From: Candidatus Latescibacterota bacterium
Lineage (GTDB): Bacteria > Latescibacterota > CBDEFO01
Direction of reading: 5' to 3'
DNA length: 64,000 nucleotides
NCBI GenBank assembly: GCA_965237525.1
Contig: CBDEFO010000006.1
Coordinates: 192,001-256,000 of the forward strand
The notes below the pieces were generated by a model that searched no databases, was not told the origin of the DNA, and saw nothing but the letters and a program-made list of their open reading frames with translations. Both the position numbers and the translations under genes were made by a program. Below are positions 37,987 to 47,707 of this stretch, piece after piece; within the stretch, counting starts at the first letter, position 1; each line of letters begins with the position of its first letter.

Positions 37987-39174
37987 TTACGGCAAACGCC
38001 AGCGAACCACTTCACAATTGAAGAGTTTGCCCGATTCTCCTTTGTCAGGCCGCCAGTAGGAATAACTCGTTACCAGTGTACCGTCGTCGAGCTCGACGGT
38101 GTTGCCGAAACCTCCACCCGAGCAGCGGCCGATGGGTGTTCTGGTGTCAATCATGAAGATGTCGTGCTCGAAATCAAATTCAAAGCCGTCTTCGGTTTCA
38201 CGGCCGAGTACCGCACGCACGCCGAGCGGAGGATCGATCGAGCGCTGAGTATAAGTAAACAGCAGCCGCCCATCCCTCAACCGCAGAATGGAATGAAACA
38301 TCTGGCCGTGGTCGCCCAGGTCCGGACCGAGCTGCCACGTGTGGCCTTCGTCGGTGGAAACCCAGGCTTTCATTCGGCCGAACTGGTCAAAGTCGGTATC
38401 GGCAAGATCCTGCACCGGGGGCTGCGAATAGTGAAACAGGGTTATAGCCACGTTTCCGAGCTCCTGGGGGGTGAACACCCGCCCGGGAAGGGGATAGAAC
38501 TGATGATCAAGCCTGGCTATGCCGTAAATCTTACCGGAACGCGCCTGCCAGAGCACTACCTCCCCAAAGATGGACCGGCGGTATCCTTCCGCCACCCCTT
38601 CTACTTCTATCGGGTAGCAGTCCGGCCAGGTCCGACCCCCATCGTAGCTCCGGGCGACGTATCCATTCCCGTATTGAGAATGGCGAAGAATGGGATCGTC
38701 TTCAGGTATATCGACGATCTGCAGCAACGAACCGTCTTCCAACTGCAGTATGTTTCGCGAGTTGTTCCCCCTGACCCTGGTGGCAAATTCCGGAGGCAAC
38801 TGGTATTCGGACCAAGTGAATCCATCGTCCTCAGAACGGTACCCCCACGGGCCTCCCGTTACCAACAGCGTGCCGTCTCGCGTTTGAGACAAATAGGGCT
38901 CGCCGCCGTCAGGCAGGCTGGTAGTGCTGCGACCTCCCTCCCAGGTACGACCGCCGTCGTGCGAACGATACAGGTAGGTGGGTAGCCCTGCTTCGACATC
39001 GTTCAGGTAGCACAATAGCAGTAGCTCATTTCCACCCAGGTGTGCGATGTTGGGCTTGTATTCAAGCTTTTGGCCTACCGGAACCCGTTCGGCTTGCAGC
39101 TTTTCTACCGTTAGCTGGCGCGGGTCTCGAATGGCAATGAAGTCCTGAAAGGGCTGCTGTGGTGAGTCATTCAT
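37987..39174 (-). CDS. Sialidase/BNR-repeat protein, tandem copy 1 (type B)
   Basis: Same Asp-boxes; AAAGGAG RBS. Confidence 0.8.
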   Translation of the reverse strand: MNDSPQQPFQDFIAIRDPRQLTVEKLQAERVPVGQKLEYKPNIAHLGGNELLLLCYLNDVEAGLPTYLYRSHDGGRTWEGGRSTTSLPDGGEPYLSQTRDGTLLVTGGPWGYRSEDDGFTWSEYQLPPEFATRVRGNNSRNILQLEDGSLLQIVDIPEDDPILRHSQYGNGYVARSYDGGRTWPDCYPIEVEGVAEGYRRSIFGEVVLWQARSGKIYGIARLDHQFYPLPGRVFTPQELGNVAITLFHYSQPPVQDLADTDFDQFGRMKAWVSTDEGHTWQLGPDLGDHGQMFHSILRLRDGRLLFTYTQRSIDPPLGVRAVLGRETEDGFEFDFEHDIFMIDTRTPIGRCSGGGFGNTVELDDGTLVTSYSYWRPDKGESGKLFNCEVVRWRLP

Positions 39175-40060
39175 CTCTGTCTTCTCCTTTCGATGGGTTT
39201 CTCTTTGCGCGGTGGTTCAAGGTGACATTCTAAGCAAAAGGACAATTTCAACAAAAGTTGCCTTGCCAGTGATACTCCATACAATTGCTGGAGCATCTGG
39301 TAAAACTAATCCTATCAGTTCACTTTCGTTTAAGTAAACTTAATTATGAGCAATACGTCCACGCAATGAAATATTAGGGGATATATATAAAAGGTATTAT
39401 TTCAACAGAAAATCCTGAATCCCAAAATCCACTTCCAGATCCTACGGGCAGTGAAATACCAACATTTATCCCAACGGATCGTCCCTTAGCGTAGCTGGAG
39501 CCGAGTGGTAGGATAATGAAAGCAGAAAAATTGCAGTAACAAGAATTCTCTGTTATATGCTTATCCTCCCACTGGAGCAGCTTGCCTAACGTGGATTTCG
39601 CTAAATGCGTTCCAACTGACAGTCATACGATCTAATTGTGAGAACTTCTGTCAATGCCTCCACAACGCTGCGCTATGCTCTTGCTAAATATTTCTACGGA
39701 GGCTCTAATGGAGTGGAGAGCTGCGTACGGTACAGCCTAATTTGGAGGGAAGATACAAAATAAGATTGTGGAAGTCAATGAAATTGTGCAGTGGATCGTC
39801 AGATTATCGCTAACTGCTGCCATCCGCGCGATTTTGAGAGCCAGCCTGTGTCCGTCCGTCGGAAGGTGCACGTCCATACTCAAGCGACGGAGGCGAGCAT
39901 AACCGCTTCGGTCACATCCGAAACTATTCGTCAAGACATCCTACGCGACCTCAAGGCAAGCGCACTCTAATAGCCAGCGTGAGCAAATATGTGATGTCAT
40001 TTCTACCGCGGCACATGGCGGCTCTTAACGCGCAGGTAGCTAGTAATTAGCCTTTTTCAA

Positions 40061-40079
40061 CCCCCGATTTAATCGGGGG
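40061..40079 (-). repeat. Short palindrome related to the 21-bp element, directly after a stop codon
   Basis: CCCCCGATTTAATCGGGGG. Confidence 0.65.
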
Positions 40080-41006
40080 TCAACGTTGGGGTTCATACAC
40101 TCCTGTGTCTATCTCCCGGGTGACGATGCCCGTCCGCGTCACGCTCACGTGCATGAAGCCGATGGTAGCCCGGGCGGCATTCCAGCAGGACGATCGCAGT
40201 ATAAAGCTCCGCGTTCGGCCGATCTTGCGTTCCTCCGTGGCCCTGTGATGGTGCCCAAAGAACATGGCGGTCGGCTGCGTTTTCTGGATGAGCGGGTTGA
40301 AGTACCGCGAATCGTTGCGCGACATGTACATGTTGACGTCCAGTCCTTCTGGATGTGGAGGGATGTGAGCGAAGATGATCTTTCCCCGCTCCTTCTGGCC
40401 CAACTCTCCTTCCAGCCATTCGCACTGCCCCCGGGGCCCGAAGTCCTCCGAGCAAAGGTGGCCGACGTGGTCCCCGCCCCCACCGGCATCGCAGACGCCG
40501 ATGAACCGCACTCCCTTGTGTACGAAGGAGTAGTAGTCGGATTCCTTGCCATCCTTCTTGAAGTCGCCGGGGAAGAGCTCGCGTATCTCCCTCTTCGCGC
40601 AGCGGTCCTCGTGGTTTCCGGCGATCACGTGCATCGGAATCGTCACCTCATCCAGACGGTCTCGGAGCGCCCACAGGTGGATATCACCGGCGACGAGCAT
40701 AAAGTCAGGCCTGTCTACCCCCTCCAACTTCGCCATCTCCCGGTCGCACCTGAGGAATTTCTCCACGCCGTTCCCTAACCTCTCTATCCCCTCCCTGTAT
40801 CTACCCGTAGCCGGATCGACACAGTGCGGATCTGCAAGCACGCAGAAGCTGAAGGGCTCAACAGCCGGAGCTACGTCCTCTGGGGCTTCCTGCGCCGATG
40901 CGCCCTCAGCCCTCCTCAGCCCAGCCCCGATAAGGGACGCAACAGAAAGCTTCAGGAAACGTCGGCGATCGGACATCATGCCCCACTCTTCGAGCTCGTT
41001 CATCAT
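40080..41006 (-). CDS. Tat-exported calcineurin-like metallophosphoesterase
   Basis: DRRRFLK twin-arginine signal; ADPH, GDI, AGNHE and GHHH motifs; GAGGAGG RBS. Confidence 0.85.
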   Translation of the reverse strand: MMNELEEWGMMSDRRRFLKLSVASLIGAGLRRAEGASAQEAPEDVAPAVEPFSFCVLADPHCVDPATGRYREGIERLGNGVEKFLRCDREMAKLEGVDRPDFMLVAGDIHLWALRDRLDEVTIPMHVIAGNHEDRCAKREIRELFPGDFKKDGKESDYYSFVHKGVRFIGVCDAGGGGDHVGHLCSEDFGPRGQCEWLEGELGQKERGKIIFAHIPPHPEGLDVNMYMSRNDSRYFNPLIQKTQPTAMFFGHHHRATEERKIGRTRSFILRSSCWNAARATIGFMHVSVTRTGIVTREIDTGVYEPQR

Positions 41007-41229
41007 TGTGGCCTCCTCGTTAGGTGAGCCGCTGATAGGAATTATTCCGCAGGAGCGTGTTCTGGACGCGGATCTTGTAGATCTTGCGGATCCGATCAAT
41101 TGACATCGGGACGAAGAATCCGTCTTCCGGGTCAACTTCCCTGAACTCCGAGTCCTCGCGTTCGGGCATCAAGCGGCCTCCCAGCATATGCTAATAAGCC
41201 TTCGTAAAGCGCAGAACCGCATCAAAGAG

Positions 41230-42108
41230 TCAGTATGCGGCAGGCATCTGGCATCCGGCACTCGATATTCGGCATCGGTTGCGGGCGAAGCCAAACAGGC
41301 GACGCGCCAGGGCGAGGTCGGACACGAGGTCAGGGGCGGAACGCGTGGGGTGCAGCCGTTCATGTATCTCTTCGATTGCCCGCTCCAGGTCTGCTTCCGC
41401 CTGCCAGCACAGGCCGAGAGCCAATTTGGCGCGGGCGCGCCGGATCATCCAGGAGCTTTTCAGGCGCGAGCGTTCGAGGCGAGGCTCGATCTTCGTCAGT
41501 GCGAGCTGGGGCTGCCCTCCCTCGATCAGAGCGTCGATCCATTCCCCTTCAATCACGACGCTGAGCGTCCGCCGAAAACCTTCCTCAAGTCCCTGAATAC
41601 GCTCGTCGGTGAGACCGAGCCGCTCGTGCACGGAGCTTCGTTTCAGGTACCACTCGACGTCGGCAGCTCCACTTTGGATCGCCCGGTCGTAGTCCTTTAG
41701 GGCCGCGAGGAATTCCTCTTGGGCGGCATGCACATCCCCCCGGACCGCGAAAAGATGTGCCTGCGGTCTCTCTGTAGCGATGGCGCGCCCGATCCACATC
41801 CGTGCTCGGTCGGGGTCACGGCGGGCAAGATATATCCTGCTGAGTTCAACTTTCGCTCCGATGTGCGACGGGTCCATCCGGACTACGCGGAGCAGATCGT
41901 TGATCGACTCGTTGGACTTGCCCAGAATACGATATTCGGCGGCACGCCGCAGAAGCAGGGACACCGATTCGCCCTGAATACGCATGCGGTGCGACAGTGC
42001 CTCGACCACGTGTATCGGCCCTTCGTGCGCTGCCGCAACGGTGGCCGCCAGGAAGGCCGCCAGGAAGGCCGCGATGAAGGCCGTGACGAAAGCACCTACC
42101 CAAATCAT
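41230..42108 (-). CDS. Secreted TPR-like protein
   Basis: ATGA overlap with the upstream gene, hydrophobic leader then HEG, TPR-like helices. Confidence 0.7.
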   Translation of the reverse strand: MIWVGAFVTAFIAAFLAAFLAATVAAAHEGPIHVVEALSHRMRIQGESVSLLLRRAAEYRILGKSNESINDLLRVVRMDPSHIGAKVELSRIYLARRDPDRARMWIGRAIATERPQAHLFAVRGDVHAAQEEFLAALKDYDRAIQSGAADVEWYLKRSSVHERLGLTDERIQGLEEGFRRTLSVVIEGEWIDALIEGGQPQLALTKIEPRLERSRLKSSWMIRRARAKLALGLCWQAEADLERAIEEIHERLHPTRSAPDLVSDLALARRLFGFARNRCRISSAGCQMPAAY

Positions 42109-44465
42109 CGCTGGTCTGCGACAATGGCGGTGCCGAAAAACTGCGGCGCGTGGTTCGATTGGCGGTTCGTATGGGACCATTGGCTGTATTCGCCCTGAAG
42201 TACGTTGTTTCGTGACAGATTGAAGCGTATGGGGTCGCCGGAGCTCAGCCGCCGGCCCAGCATGTCCAGTGAGATGAGCATCTCCACCATCCATCGGTCC
42301 GAGCCGCGCGCCGTCGCGGCGCGCCATCGACCGTTCCACGCAGAGTCTTTCTGTCTGCCGTCATAACGTTGTCCGGCGGCATTCACGATGAACTGGAAAT
42401 AGTCCGCGCTGTCCGGGAGGCTGATGAACACCTCGACGCAGTCATCCTCCCAGACCTCCCCGTCGAACGGCCTCTCCACAATCTTCAACCGGTCCACACG
42501 CGGCTCGTGATTGATGACCGCAAGATACAGGTGATTTTCGTGCAGGCCCAGGAAGAACTCTGTGGGAAAACTGGCCGGCCCGGAGCCGTTGATCTGGATC
42601 ATACCGGATTGCCGGGACACCAAAGCCCGTTCCTCGGCGCTGATGGTGCCGTCTATCTTCGGAGGTGCCGCCATCTGTGCGATGACGGCGCGCTTGTACG
42701 GCGGAATCTCGAATCGCACCCGGCCGCGAACGTCGCCGGACTGCGTCGTGTGGTAAGTGATCGTGGCACCGGGCGGCGGAAAGAGCTGTTCGTTGCACAT
42801 GGCCTCAAAGCGTAGGCGGGTCGGCTCGCCGGCACTAATTTGCAGATCGGCCGATGCCGGTTCCATTCGCCATGCCGTCTGCGCAGTGTTCCACTTGATT
42901 GTGGCCGACAGAGCCTCCGGCAGACTCGGGATCAGAACTTCGACAGGCACAGCGGCGCCGGGTTTAGGCAACTCCTTCATCGTCGCGACGGCATTGACAG
43001 GATGGAATTGTACGAAAGGCGGCAACTGCCGCGGCTGCGCCAGGCGGACGGGCTTGACAGTGCCGCGCTTGACGATACGGAATAGATCACGCTGTCTGCC
43101 GTCGGCATTGAGCATGATGGCCGTCACCATATCTCCTTCAACATCCACGATGACCGACCCGTGCTCGATGAGGACTTGCTTCATCACGGGCATCGTACCG
43201 CCTCGACCAACCCCGGCGCCGCCTGTGCCGGCCACGACCTGGACGGTGCCTTCGTGCGGGTTGAGGCCGCTGCTCTTCAGATAGGCGCCGTCTCCCGCCG
43301 GATCACCGTCTCCGTCGTCCAGGATGAAACCCTCCGCCACCGTCGGCGTGCCGTAAGCGCCGTCCATCAGCATCGAGCGTTCGTAGGTGTGCGAGTGACC
43401 TGTAAAGACGACATCCACACCGCCTGATTCGAGGATAGGCATGATGTGCTCGCGCATCTCGACCAGCTGACCTTCCGTGTCGCTGTCGTGCGTACCCTTG
43501 GAATAGGGGGGATGGTGCCAGAAGGCTAGGATCCAGTCGCTATTCGTCTGCTCCAGATCGGCCTTGAGCCATCTCGCCATGGCGCCGGTGGGCCGGCGGT
43601 CCAGGTCGTGAGAATTGAGGCAGATGAAATGCACGTTGCCGTAGTCAAAGGCATAGTACGCTTCCGTCCCCGACGCCGCTCCCCCCGCCTCCCCACGGGT
43701 AGGCAACACGTACGCGTCGTAATACGGGCCGACGCCGGTCCTGCCATCCGAGGTACCACCTTCGTGATTTCCCATTGCGGGCCAGCAGACCAGATGGCGC
43801 AGCGTCTGGCCGTAGGGCTCGAAGAACCGGTGCTGAAACTCTTTGTCCTTTCCGCTGCTGTAGGCCATGTCGCCGACATGGATGAACAGGTCCAAAGGAC
43901 GCTGCTGCGTCGCCGTGTGCCGGCGCATGGCGTCATAGACATCGGCCTGATTCTGGTCACCGGTACCGGAATCGCCCAGGACCCAGAATCGGAAGGGGGA
44001 TCTGCTGCCCACGGGTGGGCTGGTGACGAAATGATGGGTTTCATCACCACCAGCCAGGCGGTAGGAACCGTCGTAGACGGCGTAGTAGTACTTCGTGGCC
44101 GGCTGAAGACCACTAACATAAGCCTCGTACTGGACCGCATCCGGCGGTGCGCTGTGGAGGGCGCCCTTGCCGCCGTCTCTCCCCCCGGTTCTCTTTGTGT
44201 GGACGTCTACAGGGCCGAAAGGCCGGTCGAGTCGGTCCGGTGATTCGGTGATCAGTACCACACGGGGACGAATCGGGCGGCCAGTGCGCCAGATGATCAC
44301 CATCGAATGGGGAGTCCCCATTGCGAGGTAGGGGCCGCGTCTGTAGTGCATATCATCCTGCTGGCCGACTTTGATGTGACGATACCTGGAGGTGCAACCC
44401 AAGACCAAGAGGCACATAGCGGTGCCGAGTAGGAAGGCTCTGCCGATCGAATCGCCTTTGTACAT
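42105..44465 (-). CDS. Purple acid phosphatase-like lipoprotein with C-terminal CBM9-like domain
   Basis: LLVLGC lipobox; GDSG, GDMAY, GNHE, HHPPY and GHSH motifs; PKIDG...WEDDCVEVFI C-terminal domain. Confidence 0.8.
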   Translation of the reverse strand: MYKGDSIGRAFLLGTAMCLLVLGCTSRYRHIKVGQQDDMHYRRGPYLAMGTPHSMVIIWRTGRPIRPRVVLITESPDRLDRPFGPVDVHTKRTGGRDGGKGALHSAPPDAVQYEAYVSGLQPATKYYYAVYDGSYRLAGGDETHHFVTSPPVGSRSPFRFWVLGDSGTGDQNQADVYDAMRRHTATQQRPLDLFIHVGDMAYSSGKDKEFQHRFFEPYGQTLRHLVCWPAMGNHEGGTSDGRTGVGPYYDAYVLPTRGEAGGAASGTEAYYAFDYGNVHFICLNSHDLDRRPTGAMARWLKADLEQTNSDWILAFWHHPPYSKGTHDSDTEGQLVEMREHIMPILESGGVDVVFTGHSHTYERSMLMDGAYGTPTVAEGFILDDGDGDPAGDGAYLKSSGLNPHEGTVQVVAGTGGAGVGRGGTMPVMKQVLIEHGSVIVDVEGDMVTAIMLNADGRQRDLFRIVKRGTVKPVRLAQPRQLPPFVQFHPVNAVATMKELPKPGAAVPVEVLIPSLPEALSATIKWNTAQTAWRMEPASADLQISAGEPTRLRFEAMCNEQLFPPPGATITYHTTQSGDVRGRVRFEIPPYKRAVIAQMAAPPKIDGTISAEERALVSRQSGMIQINGSGPASFPTEFFLGLHENHLYLAVINHEPRVDRLKIVERPFDGEVWEDDCVEVFISLPDSADYFQFIVNAAGQRYDGRQKDSAWNGRWRAATARGSDRWMVEMLISLDMLGRRLSSGDPIRFNLSRNNVLQGEYSQWSHTNRQSNHAPQFFGTAIVADQR

Positions 44466-44596
44466 ATGGGTATCCTTTTTTCCTTGACGGTGGGCTGACG
44501 TACCGCGCACTGACACAGTACCGCAGCCCATCGAGAGCTGTTACGCCGTTAGTTTGAAGATGGGTACGTCGGTTGATTCGTCAAACCCTGCCACTA

Positions 44597-45718
44597 TTAT
44601 TTTTCTTGCGGCTGCAGCGCCAATACATCCTTCAGGTCGTAAATCACAAGCTTCGGGCGGTAGCGGAATCCTTCCACCCAGTGCTCTGCACCGATGCCTT
44701 CCTCGTAGTTGATGAACATTTCTTTGTCGGAAAAGTAAATGTTCCGCATAAAGCCCTCAGTCTCAGTGACGACGACCGGCCGGCTCCAGCTCTTGCAGTG
44801 GTCGTGGCTGACGGCAAAGACCATCGGGGCGCGCGGGAACCAGTAGTTATGCTCGGAACGCCACACCTTAGATTGCGTTGGTTTGGCCTTGCTCCAGACC
44901 ACGACCACTGCGTCGCTGTCGGGCACACGCTGGGCATTAAGCGGCGCAAGCGGTGAGACCAGGCCGGTCGAAGACGGCTCACCCCACGTTCGCCCGCCAT
45001 CCTCGGAAAACGCCTGCCACAGATGGCCAAGGCAGGTGCGAAAGACCATCCAGATACGGCCGTCGGCCAGTTCCACCAGCTTCGGCTCACCAAAACCTTC
45101 CGGCCGATCCCGATAACCCGGCGGCGGGCCAAACAACTCATACAACCGCCACGTCTGTCCGCTGTCTTGGCTGACAAGCGCGCCGACGAGGTCCGGTCCC
45201 GGCGCTTCACCTCCCATCAGGAAATCAACACTGACCAGCAGCCCGTTCTCTTCGGTCACCAGAATCCTATCGCCGGTCGGCGTCCATAGCAACTTTTTGC
45301 CGTTTTCGAGTTGAAGATGTTTGGGCCACATCAGCAGGCGTTTCCCACCGGACCACGTCTTGCCTTCGTCCTGTGAGTGCCAGATGCGAGTGTCGCCGCC
45401 CTGAATGAACAGTTCCCTACCGCGTCGGGAAATGGCTTCAATGCCGCCCTGCGGCCACGTGCGGATATCCGGCCAATCCTGCCAGGTTCGACCCTCATCG
45501 CTGCTGGCGATCGCGCCGTTCTCGGGACAGCAGGAGCCGGTCAACACCAATTCGCCCTTGGCACTGCGATGAAAGTCCCACTGGTTATTCCATACCTCGA
45601 GTTCTTCCATGTACTGCTCAAACACCGGCTGAATCGGTTCTTCGGCTCGCGCCACCGAGCACGCGCCGTGAAAAACGATTCCAGCCACAATCATCAATAC
45701 TATTCGGCCGCATCTCAT
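44597..45718 (-). CDS. Secreted sialidase/BNR-repeat protein
   Basis: Signal peptide and five Asp-box-like motifs (SSDEGRTW, SQDEGKTW, SQDSGQTW, SEDGGRTW, SHDHCKSW). Confidence 0.8.
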   Translation of the reverse strand: MRCGRIVLMIVAGIVFHGACSVARAEEPIQPVFEQYMEELEVWNNQWDFHRSAKGELVLTGSCCPENGAIASSDEGRTWQDWPDIRTWPQGGIEAISRRGRELFIQGGDTRIWHSQDEGKTWSGGKRLLMWPKHLQLENGKKLLWTPTGDRILVTEENGLLVSVDFLMGGEAPGPDLVGALVSQDSGQTWRLYELFGPPPGYRDRPEGFGEPKLVELADGRIWMVFRTCLGHLWQAFSEDGGRTWGEPSSTGLVSPLAPLNAQRVPDSDAVVVVWSKAKPTQSKVWRSEHNYWFPRAPMVFAVSHDHCKSWSRPVVVTETEGFMRNIYFSDKEMFINYEEGIGAEHWVEGFRYRPKLVIYDLKDVLALQPQEK

Positions 45719-45941
45719 CCGTCCACTTTCCTGGAGAATGGATCACACGTGATGTCTGCTCACAAACGGCCCATCATCGCCACACAACAGCACGTCTCTC
45801 AATCATAGCTTAGCCCCGCGGCCCTGGCGCGTTGGTGTATCCTAACTGGAGTTGAATCACATTGAGAGCGTCGCGGCGCCAGCCTCGCCCTACAATGACG
45901 TTGGTATGCGGCTGGGCTCTTCTTACGATCACCGTATCCCG

Positions 45942-46757
45942 TCAGCCTCCGATGGAACCCACGAAGCCCCGATGCCTGAGGAAGTCTATCCAGCGCTGGC
46001 GACCCGAGCTGCGGTCGGGGTTGGAAATCCAGTGGCAGTGGGGCTTGAGCAGCGGAAACACCTCGATCAGGCGGGCCTCTTGCTCGACCATCTCCTGCAT
46101 CGACTCCTCTTCTTCCGGCGTTGCCGGAGCGGCAAAATAACCGAGGCTGCACATCCTCCGGTCGCCGCCGCCTCCCCAGCTGGCGTGCCAGATCCGATTG
46201 TCGAAGGCGATCACATCTCCAGGCTGTGACCTCCCAACGTACGCAGGCATCGCGTCGACCTCAACGCCGCCCTCCTCGATGATCCCCTCGTTGGACTCTT
46301 TCAGGGTGACCTTCTTGATGTCTGAGTGGAGGGGGTCTTTGTGAGAGCCGGGTATGAACCTGAGCGCGCCTGTCTTCTCGTCCAGCGGCTGTAGGTAGAA
46401 GGCGAACTTCACGCCGCGCCGGACGAGGTTGAAGGTATCGGGATGCCACTCCGTACGGTCACTATCGAAGGAGTTGGCGTTGGCGTAAAAGCCGACCACG
46501 TCCCGTCCGTAGAGCTGCTCGGTGGCCTCCAGGAACCGGGGATCCTCCAGTAGCGAGGCCAGGACCGGAGTATCTGGACCCAGGTTGGACCAGTTGAGCT
46601 GCTTGCGGATGCCGTGCCGGCCCATAGCCTCTCTGGCCCTGACGAGGCCGATATCGAACTCAGATTCTATGATCCTGAGCTCGTCACAGGTAAGGACCCC
46701 GCGCAGAACGACAAAGCCGAAGACCTCAAACTGAACAAGCTGGTTTTCAGTAAGGAT
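45942..46757 (-). CDS. Phytanoyl-CoA dioxygenase (PhyH) family protein, copy 1; start codon is ATC
   Basis: WHPD, GALRFIPGSH, GDVIAFDNRIWH; frame is open to an ATC that is ATG in the paralog. Confidence 0.75.
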   Translation of the reverse strand: MLTENQLVQFEVFGFVVLRGVLTCDELRIIESEFDIGLVRAREAMGRHGIRKQLNWSNLGPDTPVLASLLEDPRFLEATEQLYGRDVVGFYANANSFDSDRTEWHPDTFNLVRRGVKFAFYLQPLDEKTGALRFIPGSHKDPLHSDIKKVTLKESNEGIIEEGGVEVDAMPAYVGRSQPGDVIAFDNRIWHASWGGGGDRRMCSLGYFAAPATPEEEESMQEMVEQEARLIEVFPLLKPHCHWISNPDRSSGRQRWIDFLRHRGFVGSIGG

Positions 46758-46823
46758 AGGCTCCTCCGTCTGTTAGATTATCTAATCCGCTGTACTGAAT
46801 TTTTGGTGTGCCATAAAGAACAA

Positions 46824-46931
46824 AAGGGGAGCGGTATGTATGCGCTCTAATTTGTCGTCTGAAACTAGTCTTCTGGACATTGTGCTTTTGACCTCTTTAA
46901 CTATAATTCTTGTCCTATATTTCCCATCTAT
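46824..46931 (+). repeat. 108-bp direct repeat, copy 1
   Basis: Matches 51374-51481 with 5 mismatches by my count. Confidence 0.9.
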
Positions 46932-46957
46932 CCCGATTAATTCATAAACTTGGTGGA

Positions 46958-47100
46958 GTCATTGCGAGGAGCAAAGCGGTCCCCGATTGAGTCTATCGGG
47001 GAAGCAATCTCAAGGTTTTCTAGTGATCTCCTATGAGAGCCGGAGAGTATTACATCTACCACAGAATCGAGATTGCTTCGCCTTCGGCTCGCAATAACAC
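46958..47100. repeat. REP-like pair with a 21-bp element inside (46981-47001)
   Basis: GTCATTGCGAGGAGCAAAGCGGT-[CCCCGATTGAGTCTATCGGGG]-AAGCAATCTC ... GAGATTGCTTCGCCTTCGGCTCGCAATAAC. Confidence 0.8.
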
Positions 47101-47282
47101 CGAAAGTGGTCAAACGGCATAATTATAATATAATTCAATCCCTTAATTAATGCACTGCCTTTTTTTATGAATTATTCGGGCTAGACAGGTTTTCGTCCAA
47201 AAATCTGCTTCATCTATGTCACCAATCTGTCACCAAAACAAAAACGGGTCATGACCTAATTGTCGTAACCCGTTCTTTTTTA

Positions 47283-47330
47283 TGGCACGCCCAGAGGGAC
47301 TCGAACCCCAACCTTCTGATCCGTAGTCAG
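47283..47330 (-). pseudogene. 3' half of tRNA-Arg(ACG); probable att-site duplication
   Basis: CTGACTACGGATCAGAAGGTTGGGGTTCGAGTCCCTCTGGGCGTGCCA has anticodon arm, T arm and CCA but no D arm or 5' acceptor strand. Confidence 0.85.
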
Positions 47331-47707
47331 CTAAGGGTTTTGCTTCCAGTATAGTGTTTTTCCCTATCTTTTTGTGCTGTGTGGAGATAAGGGCTATTGA
47401 CTATCTTCTCGTTTCGTGTTATTTTATGCTATTCCCGGTCGTTCCAGTAGAAATCTAGTAGAAGTTGGTAGAAGAATCAGGGTCAATCGTTTCGACAAGT
47501 TCAAAGAGGTAATGCTAGAGGACAAGGCGGACCGCAGGGATATCCCGAAGGATCGATGACTATAACAAGAAACGTCTCCATTCATCCCTGGGATATAAAA
47601 CCCCAGAAGAGTGGAGAAAACAATTCTATCTGCTACCCCAGGTTGCTTAATTGATGTCGCTTTCCAGGGGAGCACTACAATATACCTTAGTTGGAGAAGT
47701 TAAATCA

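Noticed and set aside
35200..38985. Long plus-strand ORFs (339 aa twice, 223 aa)
   Set aside because: Antisense shadows of the sialidase-like genes; they repeat only because the genes do.
33665..39197. Diversity-generating retroelement or CRISPR-like array behind the sialidase repeats
   Set aside because: No reverse transcriptase or cas genes; differences are not adenine-specific; units are whole genes, not repeat-spacer arrays.
39200..40050. Possible gene(s) in the AT-rich gap upstream of the sialidase array
   Set aside because: Only short stop-interrupted frames without recognisable motifs.
45867..45881. 15-bp match GAGCGTCGCGGCGCC to about 53779-53793, downstream of both PhyH copies
   Set aside because: Spacing from the stops differs and flanks do not align; may be chance in GC-rich DNA.
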